This document shows, one piece after another, positions 52,401 to 64,000 of a DNA stretch of 64,000 nt (position 1 is its first letter; each line of letters begins with the position of its first letter). The stretch spans positions 1-64,000 of the forward strand of contig NW_026782072.1 of assembly GCF_031769215.1 (NCBI RefSeq), given 5' to 3'. The translations under genes were made by a program, and so were the position numbers. The notes under the pieces were generated by a model. The model worked only from the letters and a program-made list of their open reading frames with translations. It had not been told where the DNA came from and ran no database searches. The stretch is from Ylistrum balloti. Lineage: Eukaryota.

Positions 52401-55400
52401 TGGGGAAGTACAGGCACATTATAAAGTTTGGGGAAGTACGGATACATTATAAAGTTTGGGGAAGTACAGGTACATTACAAAGGTTGGAAATGTACAGATG
52501 CATTATAAAGGTTGGGGAAGTACAAGGTACATTATAAAGTTTGGAAATATAAAGGTACACAATAAAGGTGTGATATGTTCAGATATATTATAAAGGTTGT
52601 GGATGTACAGATACATTATAAAGGTTGAGGAAGTACAGGTACATCACAAAGGTTGGAAATGTACAGATGCATTATAAAGGTTGGAGATGTACAGATACAT
52701 CACAAAGGTTGGAAATGTACAGATACATTATAAAGGTTGAGGAAGTACAGATACATCACAAAGGTTGGAAATGTACAGATGCATTATAAAGGTTGGAGAT
52801 GTACAGATACATCACAAAGGTTGGAAATGTACAGATGCATTATAAAGGTTGGAGATGTACAGATACATCACAAAGGTTGGAAATGTACAGATGCATTATA
52901 AAGGTTAGGGAAGTACAAGGTACATTATAAAGTTTGGAAATATAAAGGTACACAATAAAGGTGTGATATATACAGATATATTATAAAGGTTGTGGATGTA
53001 CAGATACATTATAAAGGTTGAGGAAGTACAGATACATCATAAAGGTTAGAGTGTACAGGTACATTATAAATATTGTTAATGTACAGGTACATTATAAAGG
53101 TTATGAGATGTACAGATACATTATACAGGTGGTGGATGTACAGATGCATCACAAAGGTTGGAGATTTAAAGATACATCATCAAAGTTGGAGATGTACAGA
53201 TACATTATAAAGGTTGTGGTTGTACACGTACATCATAAAGGTTGGAGATGTGCAGATACATCATAAAGGTTGGAGACGTACAGGTAGATGAGATAGGTGT
53301 GGGATATTTGTATTGTTTATCAATAAATCCTGTCGTTATGCGAGTTATATCAGATGCCAGATGAACTTTGGACATGCTGATAGCAATTGTTTATTTACAG
53401 ATAGAACAGGAACAAACAGAAATACTATTGATCCCAAGTCAGGCCTAATCTTCCTTCATACTCAAACATTATATCGTAGAGTAGTTTGGTGACGCCCTTG
53501 CATGTATATCTAACTTATTGTTCTCGAGGAAATAAGAAGCATTTTAGTCTTCTATATCAGTTTCTCTAAGGCGACGTCAAATTACTGTCATAAATTTCGA
53601 AAAATATACGAAATCTGAAATGATTTTCATTACATGATTTACTTTGCTCTCAACATAAGGCAATGATTTATTCCAGACAATGACTACCTGCAAGAATGTG
53701 CTGCTAGTGACGAAGTTGATAATAGCACCATATGTTTCACCGACGAGCAATGTGGTGGCCTGGGATACTGTTGTAGTTTGTCCCCCAGGTCATATTACGG
53801 ACATTGCTCTATGCCCGAGAACAACATCACATGTATTCACTCGGATGGAGCGGTGGTGGCCAAAAATGACATCTATAACAGTGTGCGCGACTGCGAAGTG
53901 TGTGTATGCAGCGCCCCGGTGAACACTTCAGCCGAACATGGAGATATCCAATGTACATCCAGCGGCTGTTCTGGTGATTTCTTGTCCAATTCTATATGTT
54001 GTCCAAACACAACAGGTAGGTTCCGGGTTATACCATGGTAGCAAATATTAAGGATATTGCTTTCCATTTCTCAATGTAAATCATTAAGAAATGGGATTTC
54101 TATTTGAAATTGTTCAAAAGTATCAGGAGAGTGTATGTATTTAGCTCAGTATACAGATCCTTGACCCCATAAATATTTATGAAAATGACAACAATGTCAA
54201 ACGGTTGTACAAGCGAGTTAAGAACTTGGTATTGTATTTTGTAGAAAGCCAACCGGAAATTATAGCTACTGGAAATAACGACGGTGTTTACGTAAATATA
54301 TATTTAAGTCTGTTCTTGGGTGTTCTTTGGGTATTGGGTTAGAAAATAATGATTTTTCCCTATAAAAAAAATGCCATGAATATACTAATTAACCATTTAT
54401 TTTTTCTTCTTCAGACAACAAGCCTTGCCCACGTGAGTATGATATGAGCGATATAATGAGGAGAGCTGTGTGTGATTACAATATTGATACTCATAATTTT
54501 CATAAAACTATACAGAAATACTTGTTGGTATATACTTGTTCTATATTACTTTATTTGATTGTATAAGCTGTATTAAGCATGGTACAATTTCTATATTTAG
54601 ACATCCCTACTGTTTTCACAGCCGTTCTATATACTGTCTATATGATGCTTGGTACGTACATCTTTTTGCATTTTTTGTCTGTCACTCCTCCACTGGTGTT
54701 TCTTGCCTTCATCTTGACAATGATGGCCTTTGTAAAATCTAAATGACATATGTATTGCTACATCTTTATAACTCCTGTCATGTACTTACAATGTATTTCA
54801 GCACCTGTCATCAAAGGTTGTCCTGATAAAGATGAGATCCTACCCGTGGTGGTGTCGTCACACTACAACAATGCTCTTCTCGTCAACAATTTCGATGCAC
54901 ATAATTGCCTGGGGGACTTTTTACATGTCAAACTGGACAGAGTCTACTTTTCAGCTTGTGAATGTAGCACCCCGAGTACTTACACTGTAACAGCAACGTC
55001 TGAGAGGGACTTCAACAACAGACAGGGGACTTGTGACTTCCGAGTTGTTGTTAAAGGTATGATATTCTTGATTCTTATGAATCTTGGTTTATATAAATCA
55101 ATTGTAACATGAAAGAATGATTTTCGGACTCATGTTCAAACAAAAATACGGCATCAAACATTAAGTTGTTGGCTATAAATCATGCGATTCGTCTCATCTT
55201 GAATGTATAGATATTATGTTTATGTGATACTGGTTTCTGGGAAATGTGAGCATTTATTAACTCCACGCATGAATTGATCGGAAATGCCATATTACTCGCG
55301 GGCAAAGCCCGAGTCAAATATGACATCTGATGTCGAATGGAGCTTCATATTTTCCTTTTACCAGAACCATTTATAATCAAACAAACGCTATGAGTAAATA

Positions 55401-58400
55401 AGTGTTTAATAAAAAACAACATGATTAACATTTGGTTTATGACGGAGTCCTGCTATCCAGGGCTGCGATAGCTCAGTCGGTTAGAACAGTGACCTACGTA
55501 ACTTCAGGTAGCGATCCAAGGAGCGTGGTTCGATTCTACCTACAGTTCGGTTACGTCTACCAGCTGATGCAAGAAATCCCTGCCTCTTTTCATAGTATTT
55601 GGGTGTCCTTGTTTTCCAACATCGCATCGATTCCGTTTCCTCGTTAGCTCGTCTACCATTTATGCGAACAAATGGAAGGGAGGCAACTCCGCTGGATTTT
55701 GACGAAGACTTATGAATGGAGGCACGTGCTAAAGGGGTTACGATGATTGATGTCACATAAACAATCAGTGGCACCATTTCATGGACTAACTATAAATCTA
55801 AAAATGAAGTCCAGCAACTCGATTCTGTACGTTGTTTTCCTTTCAGATATTACACCCCCGATTTTCATTTCGTGTCCTGCTGATATCTACATCCGCCAAG
55901 GGGAGACGGTGAGCTGGAACAAACCGAAAGCAGCGGACAATGTCGGGATTAAACAGTTGAATCTCTATAATTCTAACATAAAAAACAACAGCATGGATGT
56001 CGGTCCAGGGGTGTATTTCCTCCATTACACAGCCATTGACTGGCAAGATAATATGGCCTTCTGTCGCTTTAAGGTTAATGTCTACAAAAACGGTACGTAT
56101 TGCATCATGCAGTATCAACAATACCTATACAGTAAGTGTTTGTATTGGATACTTCATAAATATAAATTACGACCACCTTTGGGATGGAAAAAAGCGCCAT
56201 AATGGTGGGTTGGTCTGAATAACGCCCAAGACGTCCCTTATAGCCACGTTTATCTATATTACACATTCATCAAATTATCTTTTTTTAATATTAAAAATAC
56301 AGCAATCGAGTATACGAGTAGCCAGTTTGACATCAAAATCCGACACCTTTTAAACGTTACAATACACACCAGGTTACTTTGTAAATGGTTCGTACTCTGA
56401 TAAATCAGGTGAAATTCAAAATTAGACTTCAGGACTTTTTGAAATAGGTCTCAATTCCGAAGTGAATACAGGGTACTATCTTGGGAAAATATGTGTTCTC
56501 AATAGTTTTAAAAATAATGCCATATGTAAATCTACGTCTAGATCTAAATTATTTTCCGTTCTGACCATGTGAATGGACTTACGTAACCAAGCCATGATAT
56601 GATATGTGTGTTTCACGGTGAAATATATTTGCCTGATTAGCATCCATTGCTTGAGGCACTACCTTAATTTTCGTAAGCTTTCCATGAAAATTGTACTACT
56701 TAGAACTCTGAATAATTGGATCAATCTCATAGGGTCGATAAGAGGAAAGGTTTCAAGAAATAAATGGAAATTCAACAGTATGAGCATTACATTATGATGA
56801 AGATCGATGTGAATAAAGCTGATGTATAAGAATCTGGAAAGGATATATGATGATCATGACCAATAATTATCACCTTATTTGAAAACATGCCATCGTTAGA
56901 AGGGGCACAGCTTGTATATTTCGGAATGTTACCAAAAATCTTACAAAAAATTACAACACTGGTAAATCTTTCTTCATATCGTATAGATTTTATTGGTGTT
57001 TTGTATTAATTGTTCTGTTGTGGATCCTGTTTCAGATGATTCTAAATACCCTCTTGAACTTAAAGAAAGGAAGACATCCGTATCCCCTGTGATCATAGGT
57101 AAGCTATTATATATCATATATAGGTGTCGTAGATATGTGTTTTGTGTGTACTGCATCAGAAATTAGAAAGTGATATATATAACTGACGGTGACAAAACAC
57201 TACGCTAGATCCTATGATTGTCCACTTTCTGTGTATTCACCTACTGACAGACACTTCTCTACATTTAGATACGCAAACAGTATATCATCATATAATATAT
57301 TATCATACTGACAGTAGGAGTTCTCTTAAAATTGTTCAATAAAGCTATTTTCTTAGTGATTTTGTTTTTACCACAACATGATTTCAGTATTGTAAATAAA
57401 GTTTATTAACTTGTATTTCTTTCTTAATTGCTTAAGATGATTTACAAAATTTTACCGATTTCTTGACTGCCATTGTTGTATTTGGTTTGTTTTTTCTGAT
57501 GTTTTGACTGTTATTGTTGTTGATTGTTAATTTCCTTGTAATTTCATTGTTATTGCTGTAAATGGTAACGTTTGATTGTAATATATCTTGGTGCTTCCAA
57601 TGCTTTATTTAATAGTCGTGGTTTCTTGGTTGTGTTTATTGTCGATGATTTATTTGATTGCCATGATATATCTCGAGTGTGATAGGTGTAGATGTTTGTT
57701 TAATTGAACTAAATTTTTGACTGTTGTCCATTCGACCTTCCACTATTTTGACCTTGAATCATGGGAAGTAAATAATTGGGATATTCTGGGCTCACTTTGA
57801 TGAAACGTTGTGTCGTATGTCAAAAGTAGGTCATTGTAACCTATATTTAAAATTTGACCTTCATCAAAGAAAAAGAATGTCTGAGCCCTATCTCTTGCAC
57901 TACTTATCATGAAAATTTCATACTTGATGTATGGAATTATCCCAGTGAGGCGGTGTGTAGAGGGACTATAATTCGCCTTAATGCCTTGTTAACTGTGTTT
58001 CTTTCTCTCCTTTGATTGTTGTTGTTGTTGGTTAATCAAATTGTACCAATTCTGTCATTGTTGTAGTTGGTTTATCTAATTGTATTTTTCTTGCAGTCGG
58101 TTTGAGTAATTGTACCTTGATTGTTTAAGGTGGCACTGTTGCTGGAGTACTTTGTGTTACTCTGATTGCTCTCGTGATCGCCTTGGTAAGAGTTTGGCAT
58201 ATTCGAAAAAAGCGTCTTCAAGATGTTCAGCGACGACAGCAACAACTCCAGCCTGTCGACATATTTAGTATCTATACTAACGATCCTCCACCATATGAAG
58301 TTGCTGCCAAGCACAAACTCCCTGAATACAGCGCTTCAGACAATCCTCCTACATATGATGACGTCACCAAAGAAGCTTACGATAACCCATCATACGCTTC

Positions 58401-58482
58401 AACAGAAGAAATCGCTAGTACGTCAGAAGGCATGCGCAGTGAAATGAGAAGTACGGGAAGCAAACGTGTAACGGTCGTGTGA
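49459..58482 (+). CDS. Type I membrane protein: Cys-rich segment, 3 EGF-like repeats, WAP-like + VWC-like module, 2 HYR domains, TM, PY/NPxY/PDZ-motif tail; 5' exons unresolved
   Basis: Exons 49459-49641 (frame ambiguous), 50053-50162, 50404-50496 (CFNGG..KCVCPANFTGDQC), 50652-50753 (CSPSCKNGGVC..CHCPDYLTGTRC), 51039-51143 (CRNGGEC..CVCRPDFTGHRC), 53677-54015, 54415-54432 (18-nt micro-exon), 54802-55056, 55847-56092 (DITPPIFISCPADI..WNKPKAADNVG, HYR-like), 57036-57098, 58130-58482. Phases are consistent from 50053 to the stop (560 codons). Candidate signal-peptide exon at 47240-47272 (MIYRVILLIVS|GTAAGT). Confidence 0.8.
52195..53290. repeat. 28-bp intronic minisatellite, ~39 copies
   Basis: Unit aaaggttggagatgtacagatacattat with variants. 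It fills much of the intron between the third EGF exon and the WAP/VWC exon. Confidence 0.95.
55166..55384. mobile_element. Imperfect palindromic (fold-back) MITE-like sequence
   Basis: Central hairpin ctcgcgggc-aaa-gcccgag at ~55295-55313. Arms atgccatattactcg / cgagtcaaatatgacat, tggtttctgg / ccagaacca and ttgttggctataaat / atttataatcaaacaa are mutual imperfect reverse complements. Confidence 0.55.
55460..55805 (+). mobile_element. tRNA-derived SINE (intronic)
   Basis: A box TAGCTCAGTCGG at 55469-55480 and B box GGTTCGATTC at 55527-55536. The 3' acceptor stem does not pair, and non-tRNA sequence follows. Confidence 0.6.
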
Positions 58483-59606
58483 TCAACTACTTTTTGAATG
58501 GACCATTGGTGCAAGATCTACCTTGTATTGTAAATTTGTATATTGTGTGCAGTGTTTTGATGATACATATAAAACAAAAATTGCACAGAAGTAATAAGTA
58601 TGAATCTACTGAGAAATGTAAAACATATTTCGTTACGATTATCCAAACTAATTTACAATCATTAACAATCACTAACGTTTTATCGACATTCGGACACAGG
58701 CGATACAAACTATTGTTCTACAATTTGCTGGTGAAGTTGTCTACTACAGATTGGCAATTGTGTGTTTTCGATGTAAGCGTGCCCTTTAATTGGTATTGAG
58801 TGATACGTATACATGATTATAGTAATATTTGGATATCTAATATGGCATAGTTAACAATGATGACTATCTTGTTCTTTCGGAGATTAATAATTTATCATTA
58901 TAATTTATTTTCGTTCATTGTAATTATTTGTGTCTTTGTTTCTATCGGTATTTGACAATGTTGTCATATTCGATCGTTAATAATTCGTTATTAAAAAAGT
59001 AACATAGCAAAACATATTCGACCTTGTCATTACACAAGATTGATATAAACCGTCATCTTTAGTTAGAAATCTAGTTTCAGTATTATTCTGTAGACATACT
59101 GATCTTTCTTTCCGCTAGCTTTAGGTCATCTGACTCGAAGGGTTAGGATGATAATTGCTATCGTGTTTCGTTCGTTACCATTTGCGCAAACGACTTTTTC
59201 TCAATAACCAAATGTCCCAAGGTACTGATATAAGGCCTGTAGCAGGATGGGGAAAAGGGCAACCAAATTTATTCATATGAAGAAACCTTAACCAATTTTA
59301 AAGGTCTTAAAATAATTAAACAACTTTGTTTCAATAACCAAATGGCGAATGATGCCGATGTTGGAAATTAAGCTCGCTTGGATGAAGGGATAAAATGGTT
59401 TCAATATCACTGGGGTTAAATGCGTTAAGAACTTAAAATTTCTAACGTTGACAAATGATAAGTCCAGTGTCATGGCATTTATTTGTGCATGAGAGATAAT
59501 ATTTTTCAAGTGTGCAGATATTGACTTCATATTCTTCATAAGTAATTCAGGGTCATTCGCTCTCTGACATATATCTGTATTTTAGTCAGATGACCATTAA
59601 AGCCTC

Positions 59607-60147
59607 TTTTTATGCCCCCGCCATTTATGGCCGGGGGCATATAGCGTTGCCCATGTCCGTCCGTCTCGTCCCGTCGCGTCCCGTCGCGTCCCGTCCCGTA
59701 GCGTCCCGTCCCGTCGCGTCGCGTCCTAAATCAGTATATACCACCTAACAACTTCATTCGGAAGGCAATTTTCATGAAACTTCCTACAAATATCAAGTAT
59801 GGAAAGACCTCATGCAGTGTTGAATTTCTCGGCATTCTAAAAAAAGATGGCCACCAGGGGGAGATAACTCAAAAAAGAGGAACATCATCTTATTTCTACA
59901 TAATTTGGTACTTGTGGGATTTAAGGCATAAGGAACTAATATACTCCCTCATTTTTTCCAGAGAACAAAATTCCAAATTCATGTACGTTAAATCAAATTG
60001 TCAATTTAAGTATGAAACTTAAGTTGTACATAGTTGCATACAAATTAACAAAATCATCTCTTTCAGACCTTTCATTATTATTTCACATGAAGGGGGGGTG
60101 GGGGGGGGGGCGGGGGCATTCATGTCTTACAGACATTTTCTGGTTTC
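59607..60147 (+). mobile_element. HINE/DINE-1-like non-autonomous Helentron-type element
   Basis: 5' hairpin tatgcccccg-ccatttatggc-cgggggcata (59611-59641), GTCC/GTCGC microsatellite (59655-59727), 3' subterminal copy gcgggggcat (~60110) and 3' hairpin atgtc-ttaca-gacat followed by a T-rich end. Confidence 0.7.
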
Positions 60148-61273
60148 AATGAGCGATGAGTCAAAGTATACTCAACTTTGATGTACTGTCAATAATGTTT
60201 AAGTTTAAGCATTACGACAGCTGTACAAATAAAAAGAACCTGAACATCGTAAAGGAAGCAAACATCTTTTATTTTCACAATTTGAAATTTCATCTTCTTT
60301 CACAAAGAAGGATATCTTTGTTCCTTATTAAGGTTTCTTTCCACTTTTTGGTTAAGCCATGCAACTCTATTTTACTACTGATTAAAAAGTTAACGTTATG
60401 CTATGAAGTAACAAACTACAAGCATCACACAGCTACAAAAATAATTACGTTTTAAGCTAAAAAGATCACAATCAAAATTTTGTCACTTATAATTTTGTAA
60501 TTTTAATATCAAGTCACTGCATCTTGATTATAAATCATAAACACTGCTATAAACATGGTAACGAAAGGAGAAAAGGGGATAACAAATATATGTCAATTCG
60601 CGTATTAGATGGACGTCATCAATGTTCCGGAGACATATGGTCAGTCCATATTTCTAATGGAATTCCCTGCTGGTCAGTGTTAGCGGGGTATAGTTAGTCC
60701 CTCTTTTAAATGTGGCAAGTGGTTGCGAAGTATGGTCATTCCCACTCTCGATTGCAAATTCTACCATATGCTGGAGATTGGTACGGGAAATGGTCAATGC
60801 CTCCTCCAAGCGCAGCTCCGTGCTGATCAATGTTAATTTATTGTTAATCTCTCCTTCTGGTGCTAATCCATACCAGCCAGAGGCAAATTATGCCAGTCCC
60901 TTCTAGAACAAGGTCTTTCTGATTAGTGGTATGGAATTGCCAGGCTGTTCTTTCATATCAATAGCATGATAAGTGTCAATGTATGGTTTTCCGCTTACTC
61001 GCATGTGAATTTTGTATCTTATGATGAAACAGTGTGTTCATATTATTTTACAAAGAGAGATTAAATATCAAATGTCTAAATGACTGCATCAACAACGTGT
61101 TAAATATTTTATTTGAACTGGATGTAATCGTTTGTCAGTACAGCGATCCCCTGTGTATGATATAAACAATCTTTACTGGTTAAATAGATTGAAAAAAGAA
61201 AATGGTTACAATTGTACACGTAAATAAAAATGACTACTCCGTAATTGATTATATGAACAAACTACATAATTTT

Positions 61274-63190
61274 CTACGTCGTTTTCCCCTGATTCGGCTC
61301 ATCGTAGACGACTTTGCTGGCCACAGATTGCACGTCTAACTGTTCATAGTGGTCGGGACTGGTGGGGACGCCACTGAAGGAAGGCGGAGGACTGTTTTCT
61401 CCCTCGCCCTCTTTGTTTGAGAGGACGGAAGCGGCTGGGATAGAATGGTACATACTTTCATCCATGTATAACTGGTTTTCAACACCGCTAGTCACAGACG
61501 ACACTGCGATACTTTCGTAGTCTGGCGCCGTGCTATTGGCCCGATAGACGGGAGGTGGAGTTCCAGGTTTATACGAGGGAGGTCCGCCCTTCTCTCCCTC
61601 GAAAGCGATGTTGTCATAAGGTGGTGGACGCACACCCTCAGAGTAGATTCCATTGTCGAAAGCGTTCGCCGTTTTGTCCTTTGTGACGGGAGCCTGTTGA
61701 GGAGGTGAAGATTTGCGGAGACTTCTGCAGTATAGCATCCCCAGTAATAGCAGTAACAACAGTACAGCAGCTCCTACACCTACACCTTGATTAAAAAGGG
61801 AGATAACAAGAAAGTGAAAAAAGGAACAAGCTAACATGCAATAACAAAAACACTTACATTTTATTTTAATTAAAACCCAAAATGACGAGATGAGAGCAAA
61901 ATGTGAACGAAAGAAAGAATTACAAGGTGCCTTGAAAAAATCTAATAAGAATACTTTCAAAACGATTAATCAACCTGTATTCCACACAGAAAGGTTGATA
62001 AGAAATACATCCTCTATCAAATAGTGAATGTTATCAAATGTTCTTCATAAAGATAATTAACCAAAAAACTGAAGCTAATTTGACATGACATACAAACCTA
62101 TGTACAAGTTGTGCTTGCTCCTGTCGGTCGACGACATTCTCATGCCGACCGGTAGTGAAGGATCGGTAGTACCTGATACATTCAAAACAAAAACGTGTGT
62201 TTAGTAACAGTGACCACTTCAAAGCTAAACGTTTACAATACTGATTGTATGTCTGCACAGACATCTTAAACTCAAACGTGGAAAAGTCAAATAAAATCAC
62301 AAAAATAGTCCAATTTAGTCAAATGGAGTATAATTTAACAAAGGTATATATATATATGGACTTGAACATATCTATGTAAATATATATAAGGTATATCTAT
62401 GGGCGTGGACGGACACTTACTTAATAAAAGTTCATCTATGGACTTGGAAGTATACATACTTAAGCGAAGGTCTCTCTATTGACTTGAAAGTATAAGTATT
62501 TAAACTAAGGCCTATCTCTAAAAATACAAAACAAAGGTCCATCTATGGACTTGAATATTATATGTGCTTGCGAGTAAATATAATCCAACAATGGCCTATC
62601 TATGGACATGGACGTACATATACTTCAATAAAGGTTTATACGTTAACTTGAACGTGTATATATTTCAACAAGGTTGTACCTATGTGTTTTGACGAACGTT
62701 TCGGTCTCTAAATATCTACCCTACCTCTTCTATAGAACTAGACAGGAACTCATACTATTACTTTGATATTTATGATGGATCATCAAATGATCTACTCATC
62801 GCTTCGACAGTTTATCATCGGCACATACCAGTAAACATACAAATAACCTGCCTCTGGTTTAACTGTCGGTGTCCAACTTATCAGTCATTTCTGTTGATGT
62901 CTAGGACCGGATTCCATAGTCAAGGGAAACTTAAGACATATATAACGTACCTCTGGTATAGACTGAGACGGGGATACGACAGATAGCGACGTTCTTATGA
63001 AAGTCCTTCGCGTAGTACTCAACATAATGTTTTCCTTCCGGAAACATGGTGTTGTTGGCATATTTAGCCCTGAAATTCATCTCCCGGACTCCGACGTTGT
63101 CAGAGACTGCAGGAGATCGCCATATTATTTTCTCGTCAGTGAAAGCGCTGATCATAGAAGGACAGTGACTAAATCTGGGAGAGTGCACGT
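61274..63190 (-). CDS. 3' part of a HYR-domain type I membrane protein with a Tyr/PPxY-rich tail; 5' exons lie beyond the window
   Basis: Minus-strand exons 63190-62951 (DVHSPRFSHCPS..WRSPAVSDNVG..CRIPVSVYTR, HYR-like), 62172-62098 (stalk) and 61785-61274 (GVGVGAAVLLLLLLLGMLYC TM, then a tail to TAG). All introns are phase 1 with GT-AG. Confidence 0.85.
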
Positions 63191-63269
63191 CTGTAATGGA
63201 GATAAGACTTATTGTATCAATATAAAATTTACACCGGAGAGAAAATCCAGACTGCGAAAACAAAAATGA

Positions 63270-63860
63270 CTGACGAAAACAAGGCCATGATCAGCTAAAA
63301 GAGCGAAAACAAAAAGGACAGGAAATACCAGGACACAGTTACACCATAGACTGAAAACAAAAAACAAGGAAAGGCAACATATATGGCTGCGAAAAAAAGG
63401 CAGACAAAAACAAGGACAAAGCAACACCAAAGACTGCTGAAAATACAAACGATAGACAAAAAACAAGTATAAAGCAACATCAAAGACTGCTGGAAACAAA
63501 AACGACAGACAAAAAACAAGGACAAGGCAACATCTAAACAAGTATAAAGCAACATCAAAGACTGCTGGAAACAAAAACGACAGACAAAAAACAAGAATTA
63601 AGCAACATCAAACACTGCGAAAACGAAAAACAAGGACAAGGCAACATCTCCGGCTGCGAAAAAAGGACAGACAAAAACAAGGACAAAGCAACACCAAAGA
63701 CTGCTGAAAATACAAACGACAGACAAAAAACAAGAATTAAGCAACATCAAACACTGCGAAAACGAAAAACAATGACAAGGCAACACCAAAGACTGCTGTA
63801 AACAATACAGGCAAGAACAAAGACAAAGTAACACCAAAAACTGCTGAAAAAGCACTGAGA
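63270..63860. repeat. Degenerate A-rich intronic tandem repeat (~50 bp)
   Basis: Recurrent aaaaacaaggacaaagcaacaccaaagactgctgaaaatacaaacgacagac. It is the source of the Phe/Leu/Val-rich spurious minus-strand ORFs. Confidence 0.8.
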
Positions 63861-64000
63861 CATAGTGAAATATAAAAAATAAAACAAAGATAAAACAGAG
63901 GGAACTGGAAAAGATTGAATAAAAAAGAAAAGAAGACATAAAACGAAAAGATTCGAAACAAAAAGAAAATCAACATATCAAAACAAAAAGGGAAAACGGC

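Noticed and set aside
55460-55545. Functional tRNA gene (Tyr-like with intron)
   Set aside because: The A and B boxes are present, but the acceptor and anticodon stems do not pair convincingly. Treated as a SINE head.
63209-63976. Hydrophobic multi-TM-looking ORFs on the minus strand
   Set aside because: They are translations of an A-rich degenerate repeat within an intron of the HYR gene.

Overview
AT-rich eukaryotic (animal) genomic DNA with GT-AG introns. It is most likely from a bivalve mollusc, inferred from the metallothionein (MT) C-terminus and the repeat types. Left half (1-31.6 kb) is a plus-strand MT cluster built from five exon types (I = ATG micro-exon, II, III, IV, terminal V), all joined by phase-1 introns. 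It holds: (A) a 5'-truncated giant modular MT at 451-5573, built by repeating the II-III-IV block and then a chimeric V/IV exon; (B) a decayed MT at 9756-11470 that keeps an MRE-rich promoter; (C, D, E) three intact 5-exon genes, each encoding a 142-aa, 40-Cys MT, in ~6.4-kb tandem units. D is a 5'-E/3'-C mosaic. Right half holds a 3-exon single-pass membrane protein gene without a signal peptide (34996-36460) and a dense run of minisatellites (36.8-53.3 kb). It also holds a multi-exon EGF/WAP-like/VWC-like/HYR transmembrane gene (~49.5-58.5 kb, +) and a convergent HYR-TM paralog (61274->63190, -), plus SINE-, MITE- and HINE-like elements. Exon coordinates were read by hand from splice consensus and frame continuity. 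No database searches were run, so novelty statements are unverified.
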